The translations under genes were made by a program, and so were the position numbers. From the NCBI RefSeq assembly GCF_009914755.1, contig NC_060926.1: a DNA stretch of 64,000 bases, one strand, 5' to 3'. Position 1 is the stretch's first letter; each line of letters opens with the position of its first letter. The notes beneath the pieces are model-generated. The model was not told the origin of the DNA. It made no database searches and was given only the letters and a program-made list of their open reading frames with translations. The stretch is from the human T2T-CHM13v2.0 reference genome, Homo sapiens. This document shows positions 14,715 to 27,250 of the stretch, one piece after another.

Positions 14715-14888
14715 GACAAGAATTCAAATTCTTAATACTCAAACAAATTATGTGTGACTCTAGAAAATCCAGTTAAGCCTCTAATAGAAAATCTATTTCC
14801 TCATCAGCAAAATTAGGATAATTATTTTAAAGTGCTTATCACAGCAACTGTACAAATTAGGCACTCAATAAATGGTAGCTGTCATTAT
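14715..14888 (+). mobile_element. MIR fragment
   Basis: tttcctcatcagcaaaattaggataat...aaagtgcttatcacag...ggcactcaataaatggtagct. Confidence 0.65.
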
Positions 14889-15340
14889 ATGAAATTAACT
14901 TTGTGGGAAATTAACCAATAAGTCAATATATATTTAAATATCTGTTTAATCCAAAGAAAAGTTGTTGATTTTATTATAAAGTTAATTCAAGATCAAACAC
15001 ACATAAATACTTATAATTGAGATATTTTATAATTATTTATAGATTATTCTAGGGTTGTTGCTAAAGAAAGCTTAAACTAAATGATAAAGAAATTCTGATT
15101 AATTATGAATTTCCTTTGATGTCTGAGCACATTGTCATGAGATGAAAAGAATAAAACATTCACCTCTGCCCTCTAAGAACTTATAATTTAATTCAATAAT
15201 TGCATTCAAATTCAAATCTATTGGATTTGTATTTAATTTTATTGAGGGAAAATGTGTCAGCATATCACGGGAGTCAAATAACATTAACAACTACCACTTT
15301 CTCCAAACTACTAAGTTTATAAAATGCTTGTTTATTTCAG

Positions 15341-15411
15341 AGAAGAAAAGAAAGACGAATCTAAAAAGCTAAAAGGAGACAAATATGAAAGAAAAAACTT
15401 ATCTACAGAAG
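15341..15411 (+). other. Candidate 71-bp exon (unverified)
   Basis: Acceptor ttgtttatttcag| and donor AAG|gtaaaa. Purine-rich; only one of three frames is open (EEKKDESKKLKGDKYERKNLSTE). Gene not recognised. Confidence 0.25.
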
Positions 15412-17399
15412 GTAAAAATCAATTTTTTGAAACTATGAGGAAAACACAAACTGATGTCTTGGAAGAATGCTATTGCCATCCCCTCACTAGTCTTGTTTCT
15501 TCAAAATATGTGGTACAAAGAGAAGGAAAAGCGTAACTGCTCATTGACTTCCAAGGAATCTTAATCAGAGACTCAAAGATTGAGTCCTAGGTACTCTGAA
15601 GAATTTCTATTCTTATCGTCAAAACACTCTAAGAACTCAATTTGCTTCCAGTGGTTTAGCTGAATCCAGAGTGAAAAAGGAAAAAGTACATTTTATAAGA
15701 AAATTTCATTTTTCTGCTTGATAAAATTCTCAAAATAGCAATTTCAAGCCAAAATCTACAGAATGTTCTATTTTGAGTGTCTTTACTTTTGAAAAAATTT
15801 TAGAAATAGTAGTGGCATAGAAAAATTATGTCTTACTGTGCTTCTACTTATAAGTGAGGGATCATGAAATAAACACATGTGACTTGCATGTGTGTGGCTG
15901 TTTATTGATAATAATATTAAAACAACCAAAGTTCAATGCCTCCAATTGAGCTTTATAGTACAGGTAAAAATTAAGGAAAGAAAAACAGTCCTATTTGAAT
16001 GAAAGGGTGAGGCACATTATTTAACTGTTTTTAAATAAGATTCCTCAAAAATGTTTTTACAAAAGACCAGAGGAAATTATGCAGTTAAGAATTAGGTAGG
16101 CTTCAAGGATCTTGGGTTGTTTTAGTTTTATTTGAATAAACCTTAGAATCTCTAAATTAAATGAATGAATTCTCAGTTTTATTATTTTTAATATTATTTA
16201 TTCTCTTGCTGTTGTGAGAAAAGGAAAATTATTTCATTTTTTCAGCTAAGACACAAGGTAGACAACTCTAGTACTAACAGTCTGTTATAGAAAAAAAAAA
16301 GTTGATCAATTATTGTAAAAAATGTGAATTTAAACTTTTTTTTAGTTTAAATTAAAGAACAACAAGGGCAGAAAATAACCTCTCCAAACACTTTTCCAAA
16401 CTTTTGTCTCCCTCAATTTGGGTATGAAATTTTACATGTTCATAATTTCTTGATAATTCACTGCTTATATTCAAAATAGAAATGAGCTGAATTAGAACTC
16501 AGGAGACCTGGGAGTCCTTTCTTGGCTACTAAGATGGCATAAGACTTGGGAATGAAGTACTTTTATAAAACATCATAAAACTTTCATGTCTAATGTCTGG
16601 ACTGTGGCCAGAATTACTAAGTAGGCACAGGAAAATAACTGGTGTTTCAGATGGGTTCCATACCAAAAACTAAACAAAATCTGTTTTACTCTGGGTGCCA
16701 CATTTTCAATTTTCATTTCCTTTCCACCCATACACATAGACAAGCTCTTCAGATAGCACCCTACCACTGCTCTGATTTAAAAATAACCAGAGCAGATGAT
16801 TTCATATCTTACTTTTAGCCACTGAAACCACACAGCTGCATTAGCCTATGTTTTCTTTTTCTGGAAGAAAAAACTGATCTTAAATGATAGTTATGCCATG
16901 CCTATGCTCCTTAGACATGTAACTGCAGAAACAGCTCTTGGTCTCTGTATGTTTTGAGGGATGGAGTATCTATAGTCCTGGGTAGCTGAGCACCTTTTTT
17001 TAATGACCTAAAAAATGATGGGTACCTCAGTTTTGATTAGATCTCCGCAACCGTGATATTCTTTACTGTGTATCCCTGTCACCACCAGTAAATGACAACA
17101 CTCATCATTATATCTTTCTTGCCAGCCCTTTCTTTCTGAGCATCAGGTAATTGTTAAGCCCTTCCTTAAATGTCTTTCTCAGTGCTTGTTGCTATAATCG
17201 TTTTCTTGAACTGTGTTTCAGCTTATAATAGTAATCTTCTCAGATGCATTTCTCGCAGTCTCTGGGGCCTCTTCATAACTTCCTTAAAAGTAGATCTATT
17301 CTAGACAGCCTCTTTCTTATCAGAAACTAATTTTCACCTTTGACCTTCTTTTTCCTAGACAGCAAGACAGTACAGGAATTGCTTCATAAAGATTAGAGG

Positions 17400-17620
17400 G
17401 ATCAATCAATCACCTACAGAGGCCTACATCCCTCCTGAGATGACAAATATCTATTATGATGAGAACCCCACAGCTTCACAAGAACTCTCATTATAGTTTT
17501 GGGCAGTCTTAGTTGGTGGGAAGATTTTCCTTTTTATTGTGCCAAAATTTGCTTCTGTGTAACTCCTTCCCATTGGTCCTAATTATGCTTTCGGTATCCG
17601 ACTCGAATCAAGTCTCTCCT
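17400..17620 (-). mobile_element. CR1/L3 relic
   Basis: gggcagtcttagttggtgggaagattttcc...tgtaactccttcccattggtcctaatt resembles antisense L3. A similar piece lies at ~18860-19130. Confidence 0.5.
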
Positions 17621-17819
17621 GTAGGTCAGGAGAGCTAGCAAGCACTAATGTCCCATTTAGATCCAAAGAAGAAAAGAATGACGTACAAGGGCTGCAAAAT
17701 AAAGCTACATACGCAGGTTATTTTATTTACTTCATTGATTATTTAAGAAAGACATGCCGGAGTATCTGAATCATTGTTTATAGTGGGGACTGATTGACAT
17801 ACAACCAGAGTAGAAGAAC

Positions 17820-18281
17820 TATATTTGTCTGCTAGGGCTGCCATAATTAAGTTCAACAAACTGGGTCCTTAAACAACAGAAATTAATTGTCTCACAGTTT
17901 TTGAGATGAGAAGTCTGAGGTCACGGTGTCAGCGGAGTGAGTTCCTTCTGAAGGTGTGAGGGTGAATCTCTCCCAGGTTTGTCTCCAGCTTCTGGTGGCT
18001 TGCTGGCAATCTTTGTCATTCCTTGGTTTATAGATTCATCACCTCAGTTTTTGCCTTCATGTTCAGACGGTGTTCTCTTTGTGTGTATGTCCATTCTATG
18101 TCCATATTTTTCCTTTTTATGAGGATATCAGTTATATTTGTACTAGGCCCCAGCACAATGACATCATTTTAACATGATCATTTGCCAAGACCCTATTTCC
18201 AGATAAAGTCACATTCTGAGATACTAAGGGTTAGGACTTCAGCATATGAATTTTGGGAGGATATAAGTTAACCCATAATAG
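17820..18281 (-). mobile_element. MLT1C-like MaLR solo LTR
   Basis: gctagggctgccataa...ttaaacaacagaaatt...ccagcttctggtggcttgctggcaatcttt...gaccctatttccagataaagtcacattctgag...ggttaggacttcagcatatgaatttt. Confidence 0.85.
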
Positions 18282-18294
18282 TAATGCAATTTAC

Positions 18295-18485
18295 AGGCTT
18301 ATTAACCATGACTTTGAAGATTTACTTACTTTGTCTTATTCTCCTGTTCTATAAAATGGCAATAAAAATAGGACTTAACTTTCCAGAATTGTGGCAAAAT
18401 CAAATGAGTTAGCATAGGTAAAATGTTAGATCAGTGTCTGATAGTAAATACTTGATAAATATATTTGTTATTGTTTTTATTATTA
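18295..18485 (+). mobile_element. MIR fragment
   Basis: ctataaaatggcaataaaaatag...aatcaaatgagtta...agtaaatacttgataaat. Confidence 0.6.
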
Positions 18486-19179
18486 CTCATAATTAGCTAG
18501 GTTAATATCATATAACCATTTGTGAATGACAATGTCCTCTGATTATCTGCAGTAATGTGGACTGCCATTCTCCTGGCTGTAGAACTCCAGACACATTCTA
18601 TGGCAAGTACTAGCAGGTCCTAAGCCTCAGGCAGGAAGAGCTTGACACCCAAGCAGAGGACTATAAAATGGGGAACTTTCTCTGAAAAGGGATGGGCAGC
18701 TTGAGTATATAGGAACTAGAATTCACCTGTCCAAACTACTGACAGCTACACAACTAGAATTCACCTGTCCAAACCACTAATCATTAATTCATTTGTAAGT
18801 AGGAGTCACTCCTATAAAATATATTTCTGTCAAACTAGTTGCCCAGTCAACTAGAAAGTAGCCCTTCTACTTTCTCAGCCTCATGTTCAGGTTAACAACC
18901 CAAATAGTTCCAGTAGTTCCTTACATGGTATGGTTTATTTCTCATCATCGGCCAGTTGCCCTTCTCTGCACATGATCCATTTCACCATAATTCTTTTAAA
19001 AGAAGGTCCCTGGATTTGAAAACAAGACTTAGGTACAGTGCAGACAATATATTTTTGTGACATTATAATTCTTAATGTTTATCAGTTACTATTTTGTTGT
19101 TCTTTAGCAGATACATCACAATGAATTCATAGTGTTCTCTGATATTTGCTCAAAAGTGACATTTGTTCGTGATGATGAA

Positions 19180-19238
19180 AATGTATATGCCAGTAAAACA
19201 GATACTGTTGTAGAAGATAGATAAGTAGGTAGGTAGAT

Positions 19239-19278
<40 letters not shown>

Positions 19279-19626
19279 CAGATAGACAGATAATTTCAAG
19301 AAATTTGCTTAGAACTGGCCAGACAAATCTGAAGTCCATAGGGTGAGTCATCAGGAAGGGTAGAGCAGAAACTTTGAAGGAGCTGAATTCCAAAAGTGGA
19401 ATTACTTCAAGGAAACCTTGATTCCGTTCATAATGTCTCTCAGCTGATTGGCTCATGTCCATCCAGATTATCCAAAATAATCTCCATTACAAAAACTCAA
19501 CTGATTGAGTTATAAATGTTAATCATATTCACAAAATACCTTCACAGCAACATCTACATTAGTAGTTGTTTGAATGATTGGGTAGTATAGCCAAGCTAAG
19601 TGGATACATACAACTTAACCATCACA
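19180..19626 (-). mobile_element. MLT2 (ERVL) solo LTR containing a (GATA)n STR
   Basis: ctgattggctcatgtccatccagattat...tcaactgatt...aaaataccttcacagcaacatcta...aacttaaccatcaca. Confidence 0.8.
19215..19292. repeat. Compound (TAGA)n/(TAGG)n/(CAGA) tetranucleotide STR
   Basis: About 10 uninterrupted TAGA units from 19239. Confidence 0.95.
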
Positions 19627-21206
19627 GAGGCTCATTCCCACTCTGAAAAATTATTAATGGCTGCCTGAAATGCCATTTTTAGATGGATTCTGAGGCTGTT
19701 TCTAGACTCAGAATAAGAGTACTTAGCAGTGTCTGCCTAGTACTTTCTCCATAAACAAGAGATATACAAACACAAATATTTTCTTGTACAAGAAAAAAAA
19801 AGTGAATGATCTAGTCACAGGAAAGCATGAGATAGTTTCTGAGTTTTTACAAGATGATTATATTCAACACGGGGAAAGTCAAAGGGCTACAAAAATGGAA
19901 TTTGCTATTTGTAATCTATCAACAGAAACTGACAAACATAAATGTAAATAGCATGACCACTGTAATTAGTATGATGAAAAAGTCTCAAAAATAGTATGAT
20001 GCTATCAAAGAAATGCAGTGGTATATCATGATGCGAGCACAATTTCTCCAGGCCAATGGTATATGCCTACAAATTTTTCAATTGCCATTTTCTATGTAGA
20101 ATATATAATTTGGTACATTCATTGGACAACAAAAGTAATATCTAAAGACATATAAGATGGATTGCATTTTCCTTCTTGGGAATTTAAGTCATTCAAGTGT
20201 TGATAACATACATCCGATGCATCAGATGTATAGTATGCTGTGTAGTGAGAATAAGTGGGGGAAAATGGCTGAAGTCAGAAAAGAGATTTCACTACCTCTT
20301 TTGAATATTTAAAAAAACACTTGAAAATCCAATAAATGTTTTAATCCTTTGTGTTTGGTAAGGTTTTTTTATTTTTTTCTTTTTTTGACATAACTCTTAG
20401 ACATGACATTTAAACTGCAATTCACCCTCCAGGCATAGTTGTTTTCAAATGCTGACTTGTACCTTCAATATCTTTGAAACCCATATTTTCTCATTCAATT
20501 AGGTGATGTTTCTCATTTCCTTTTTTAAAATAAAACCTCTAATTGTAGGTGAAATAATAACTATCATTTATTATCATAAAGCTTTCTTCATGCAGAGAGG
20601 CAATGAAACTGATTAAAATAATCACAAAGGCATGATTGCATAAAAATATGTTTTAAATAAGAGGGAAAAGAAAAATATTTTCTCAATATACAATAAAAAA
20701 TCGTGATGATCTAGTCACAGGAAAGGCTGAGAAAGTTTCTGAGGTTGTCAGTGTGCTACAAGATGAATATAATAACACAGAACTTACTTCATATTTACCT
20801 TTTGCTTACCTTGTACTCAGAACGTATACTCAAAGCAATTGTGTGAGAAACTCTTTCCAGAACAGTGTTTTGTGAAGAGCAAGCACAAGGAGGTGTCCCG
20901 TGTCATTGACTCCATGTTTAGTGAGATTCCTAACACTACAGAAGATTCTGCAGGCTTGCCCGGCCATCTTCCCAATCAGTGCACACATACTTAATGTTTA
21001 GTCTTCTGATCGTAATCTCATCTCTTCATTTCTCTTCTTTAAGATCTATAATGGACATTACTTTGTACCTTATATGTAATTCCCTACCAAAAACCCTATA
21101 GTGTTCAAGGCCCCTTCTAATACTCAAGACTCTTAGGGTCCCCACAAGCCCTACCTATATCACTTATAGAGCTCTTTTTTCTCTGCTAATCAAGTACCAG
21201 TTCTAG

Positions 21207-21510
<304 letters not shown>

Positions 21511-21589
21511 GCCTTAAATAGATTTAATTAGTATAAGACACCAATCTAACCAATGTTTTGAGTTAGAGACAAGCTTGGAGAAGATAAAG

Positions 21590-21810
21590 CAGTGGTTCTC
21601 AACCATGGGATTCCATGGCCCTCAATGGACATTTTTTAAATGTCTCAGGCATATTTGGTTGTCACAACTGGAGGGGTGGATGCAACACACGTTTAATAGA
21701 CAGAGACCAAGAATGCTGTTAGACATCTTACAAAACACAGAACAGCCTTCTTGCAGAACAAAGAAGTGCCCATTCCAAAATGTTAGTAGTGCAGAGGAGT
21801 AGTAGCCCTG
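21590..21810 (+). mobile_element. MER20 (hAT-Charlie)
   Basis: cagtggttctcaacc...tttggttgtcacaactgg...agagaccaagaatgctgttagacatcttacaa...ccaaaatgttagtagtgc. Confidence 0.85.
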
Positions 21811-22481
21811 ACATAAATCAAAGCAGACTTAAAATTACTTTCTGGTATGGATGAGTAATAAAGACATGGGTGAATTATCAATGTCTATATTTACCAGAAA
21901 GAAAATAAGCTTCAATTTCTGAGGTATATTGTCTAGCTAAAAGAAGAACTTTATGATTCTAAATTGTTTTAGCAAATGTCCAGAGTATGTAGGCATTTTT
22001 CTTGAATGGTTTTGGTATATTCCTGCCTAAAGGCAGCAGAGAAAATGTGGAAACATTTCAGAATTTTTGCAATATTATTGGCACTCTGGGAATAACAAAT
22101 ATCAGTTCACTGAATAAGCAAAAAATAAATAAATAAAAAATAAAATAACTCAAAAGACACTGCTCTGGGACTTACTCCTGATTTTCATTTACTATTGTCA
22201 ATTATGAAATCATCATCTTCCTATAATAATATTATATCTTCAGTCTCATCACTGCAGGTTGTAATATTAGATACTATTAACAAAATAGCCTAATGATTAA
22301 GATAAAAAATTTCGTCTCATGTCTTCAAGATCCATATTGGTGTTACCTCAATGGCAATGTTACTTAGAATTATTTGTGTTAAACTATTTGGAGTTGATTT
22401 GTGTTCTTCCACATTTGAGCTGTAAGTTGTGTTTTCAATTGATAGCTGTTTTTAACACAAGATAAACACAGATGCACTTTC

Positions 22482-22781
<300 letters not shown>

Positions 22782-23889
22782 CAGATGCACTTTCATAACA
22801 GTTCTTGTTGGTGCAGGCTCCCTCCCATTTTTGAAAAACTGAGAGCTCATCACCTGGCTGTGTAGTTGTTCTGTTCATCTTTTTGTCTTTGCTTGTTTGT
22901 ATTAGAAAACAGCATTTTAAAAAATAATTTTGAATAGAAGTTTTAGGTAACTGACACTTGATGAAAGAGAAGAATTTTTCACAATTATAACTTATTATAT
23001 TTTTAGTTAAATTATAGAAAGTTCCTGTATCAAATGATATGATGTCATTGCTTGCCTATTTAAAGCAGCCATTTTGAGCGGCTTTGAAAGATTCTATTTT
23101 TTCCTAGTATTAGTAATTTCTCCTTCTACTACTTACCTTGCTTCAGGAGAGCATGTCTCTTTCTACCTTGGATTATAGTTAATGTATGTACATGTCTTCT
23201 ATTTTCTTTCAGATTACAAACCGTTTACAAAGAGAAAATGAGCCCTTCTCATCCTTCTATCTCCTGGCACACTCTATTTCTATAGTAAAGTGAAACTGAA
23301 TTGATATTCTAATTTGAGCCAAATTCCTAGAAATTAGAGGTTCATATATAACTGTATAAACAAAGGTGTGTATCTTCTATATCTATAGCAAAGTGAAACT
23401 GAATTGATACTGTATTGTAACAGAAAAAACTCAGGAGTAAAAGTGTTTGATATGGCTCTGGCATTCATGAGCATCAAGTCTAATAGCCTAGGTATGATTT
23501 TTAAAATAGTCCACCCAAATATGAAATTAACAGTAAGCTCTGTTCCCATTTTCTCTCAGAGATAGGTAGAAATAAAGATCCTTTATTCTGGCAAAAATAT
23601 CTGCTGATGCTAGCTTTAATCAGATAGTCTTAAAGTCATGGTCTACTGGCAGCTGCTATTGTTAAGTGGAGAACCTAACTGATGGCAGCTACTACTCTTG
23701 GAAGCCTCTGGCAGTTACAGCTTAACAGCTCTTTTCAATAGAGTCCCCAGAGTCAATTTCTTTTCTGCTGAGTGTTTAACCTGGAATATGGCTAGGGCTC
23801 ATTATACCTAGGCAAGTAGGCCAGTGACCAGAACAGGTCCAGATAGGTAAAGGATAAATGTTGCCCAGCCAAGCTGATAGAAAATCGAG

Positions 23890-24439
23890 GTGCAGTTAGT
23901 AATGAACCTACTGTTCAATTCCATATCCACTCTTCTTTGCTCTGCTTTGTGATCCTGGAACTGACACTGTGCAAAGCACACTTCTCTATCCAGCTGGCTC
24001 CCTGTTAAGCTCTGCCAGTAGGGAGGTCAGAGGAACACCGTTAAGTGGAGGAGAGAAAAGGAAGTTGCTCTTTCCTGTTTATTTTCCCTAACATACATCA
24101 CCATGGCTGCAACATCTGGTCCAGTTTCCAATTTCTTTTCTATATCCTCAGTAGCAACCTCATTTTACCCCTCAAGAGTATCAGCCCAGTTGGGATACTC
24201 CCTTTTCAGAAGCCGTAGGATGTGCTCCAGAGTGCTCCTTCTCCAATATTCTATGTTCTGGTAACCCCAATCTTATTCTTTTGTTCCCCCAGTTTAAGCT
24301 GTGGTAGCTATTCCTTAGATAGAGTTGCTATCTCTCTGTTACTTTGACCATATTTTTTAGTTTTAAAGCCCTCCAATACTTCTGTAACCAATTCCTTATA
24401 TTAAAAGAAAAAATTTCCTGACTGGATTACAACTAATAC
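23890..24439 (+). mobile_element. LTR33-like (ERVL) solo LTR
   Basis: ccagctggctccctgttaagctctgccagtaggg...tgtaaccaattccttatattaaa...tttcctgactgga...ctaataca. Confidence 0.65.
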
Positions 24440-25299
24440 ACCAGTTACATTCAAATATCCAAGCAGGTAGATGCACAAAGCCATTAGCTAACAATGGAAA
24501 TCGAAGCTCATGTCTGGGATTTGAAGGTGGGACTCTGGTTCCGTGATCTGTGTATACAATTGTGCATGTGGGTACACATAGCCTGATGAGCAGGAAGGAT
24601 CCAGTTTGTCCAAAGAGATTGGGAAATTAAGGCAGTTACTAATATAGAAGTTTAAGGATTCTTAAGTTGGCAAAATAGCCCAGCTTCTAACTTCATCCTG
24701 CAACGTCAACTCTTAACTATAGCAGTAAAAAAGAATCTTGGAGTTTACTAGCAAGATAAAATAATAAAATAAAAATTATAACATGCATGGAAAGAATCAA
24801 AGCTGCCTTGATCTGATATGTTTGTGAGATGCAAAGGCTAAGGCGCGAGATGAAAGGTAACCACAGGCAAGAGTAGAAGAAAAGAGTTTTAATTTATGCT
24901 CTAGCATCCGTCCTCCATGCCATCGTTGTCTTTGGACAAACAATGCCGTCCCCTTCACCTCAAATATTGACAGAAACAGTCAGACTACAAGGACCTTTAC
25001 ATGATATCCTAGAGAAATAGAAATGCCCTGCTCATGGGAGAAGTAGAAGAAAATAGATACGGACCGAGTGGCCACCTTCTGGCATTGATTCTTCCACTGT
25101 CTTCTTTTAACCTTAGGCCTGATGAATTACAAATCTCAAGGGACTGCCTTCTCCCTGGGCTGCTGTTTTGAAAAGAAAAAAACAAGAAAATTTGAGGATA
25201 CTATGCCTGGAGAGGTGGTTGAAAATAGGTACAATGAACAAGGGCTCTGTCATCCTGGGACCCTCTATCCTAGGAAACAAGTGGAACAAATCAAAAGAT

Positions 25300-25905
25300 T
25301 TATACTAACTGAAGAATATAAAACTATCAGACAGAAGAATTTCCCAGAAAGCAGCAGCAAAGAAAAAGAAAATGTAAGAGAAATGTATGAAGTGTAAAAG
25401 ATTAGACAATAGAGTTAGAAATGACAGCCTCAGAAGTTTTAGTGTACAAAGACCCACACTGAATATGCTTTTGGAGAAAGAAACAAGTTTTGCAATTTGA
25501 GTTGCTACAAAAGACTATGGAAAGTAAAATAATCAAAGACTTGGTCAGCTTACTGTGGTCTCAGGGAAAAGAAAAAGCTAATACAAAGGAAAATGAGAAG
25601 TATGTCCTCAGTAATTTCATATTAAAATTTTAGACAATATCAGGTCATTAAAAACTCAATACATTCTAAAATATAAAAATCATGTATATTGTTTTTGTTT
25701 ATATTTCAGTAAAATTAGATATTAATAACAAAAATCCAATACATAGAAACTGAATAATAGCTCACTGAATAATCATTGCATTTAAAGGGAAATTAAGAAT
25801 TATTTAAAGCTGAACAGTAAGTAAACTTCTGTATGGTAAATTTGTGGGACACAGCTAAGCTGTAGTTAGAGGGAAATTTAGAGCTTTGAATACATTTACC
25901 TTTAA
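25300..25905 (+). mobile_element. Ancient L1 (L1ME-type) ORF1/ORF2 remnants
   Basis: aatttgtgggacacagctaagctgtagttagagggaaatttagagctttgaatac matches ORF2 NLWD..KAV.RGKFIAL. The upstream part is much less certain. Confidence 0.55.
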
Positions 25906-25989
25906 ATTATTCATTTGGATACCATTTTGGTCAAACTAAGGTAGTGGCTGAGCACACAAGATGGGAAGAACTGAGTTAGTATCTGGTGT

Positions 25990-26182
25990 TCTTAGAACTC
26001 TGGAGTTGCACATATGTAGGTGTAAATCTCATGTAAGCCACTAGCTGTGTAATCTTGAGCAGAATATTTTGCCTCTTATATTCACTTTCTGTCTCTATAA
26101 AATAAGTCTGATAGAAGTACCTGTCAGGGTGGATGCAAGGAACAAATTTAAAAATCTATTTGTTGTAAGTGTTAGCTATTAC
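25990..26182 (+). mobile_element. MIR fragment
   Basis: ctagctgtgtaatcttgagcag...ctataaaataagtctgatagaagtacctg. Confidence 0.6.
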
Positions 26183-26317
26183 TACTTTCAGCAAGAAAAA
26201 AATGAGGACAAAGGTATAACACTGTCAGTGAGTCCAACTTTTAGTGGCAACTACTTTGTGTTACCAGTTTTTATAAAAGAGTATTCCTTGTATACATACC
26301 TTTATAGAGTATTGAAG

Positions 26318-26400
26318 CCAGACATTCACAAACTCCACATTGTAAAATCCTAACTTAAAACCAGACATTCCCAAACTCCACATCATAAAATCCTAGCTTA
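26318..26400. repeat. 43-bp tandem duplication (2 copies)
   Basis: ccagacattc(a/c)caaactccacat..taaaatccta(a/g)ctta starts at 26318 and at 26361. Confidence 0.9.
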
Positions 26401-26536
26401 TGCTACCTGGTAGCCCATCTATTCTTCTCTGAGGCCTGGGAGAGAGATAGTGACATTACTTTGGCCCAATTTTGATTTTTTCCCCTCAAGATGTAACACT
26501 TCCTCTGTCCTCCACCACAACCATCCTGTCTTACTA

Positions 26537-26738
26537 AGTAAAGCCTGTTACTCATTTGGGTACAAGGAGGACTTTGGGGTGACAGTTTGGTTCTCAATAG
26601 GGTTATCATCTTGAGAAGTAAAGCCTGTCACTCATTTGGGTACAAGGAGGACTTCGGGGTGATAGTTTGATTCTCAATATGGTTATCATCTTGAGAACTA
26701 AACTATCACCCCAAAGTCCTCCTTGTATATTTCCCAAA
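26537..26738. repeat. 80-bp tandem duplication plus 37-bp inverted arm (long hairpin)
   Basis: Units 26537-26616 and 26617-26696 (5 mismatches by eye). 26691-26727 is the reverse complement of 26641-26677 (34/37) and of 26561-26597 (35/37). Confidence 0.95.
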
Positions 26739-27134
26739 ACCAAAAAGACAACAAATGCATAAGTGCGCACACGGAAATGCCTGCTGCTCCCAAGTAAGAC
26801 ACACAAACTTAAATAACTAGTAGTACCATAATAACTTCTCATTTGCAAACAAATAAAACTATGAATATGTCACATTTTAAGTAGTAAAATCATTTGTGCT
26901 GTGGGTAGATTACTTTGAAGAAAGAGCTCAGTCTGCAAAATTTCTAGGATGTTTCCTTCAAGATCAGATCAACACACTTAGGTTTGACAATTAAAGTTTC
27001 TGTGTCATCTTTTAGATACGTGACTTCTCCAATAGTTTGAATAAAATGAATAATTCCTTTGAAACCATGCCATTAGTTTCAGTAAACACTGAAAGTTTGA
27101 TGCTGATTGTCTTACTTAATCAGCAGACCAGTCC

Positions 27135-27250
27135 TTTGTGATTATTTTAGCCCCATTTTACAGGTAAAAAACTAAGCTTTAGAGAGATTACATAGTTAAT
27201 TCAAAATCATATAATTACAAAGAGGTGGTTCAAGGCAAGTATTATGAGGG
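27135..27250 (-). mobile_element. MIR fragment
   Basis: attattttagccccattttacaggtaaaaaactaagctttagagag. Confidence 0.6.

Noticed and set aside
26537-26738. CRISPR-like array
   Set aside because: Only two contiguous direct copies with no unique spacers, no cas genes, and a eukaryotic context.
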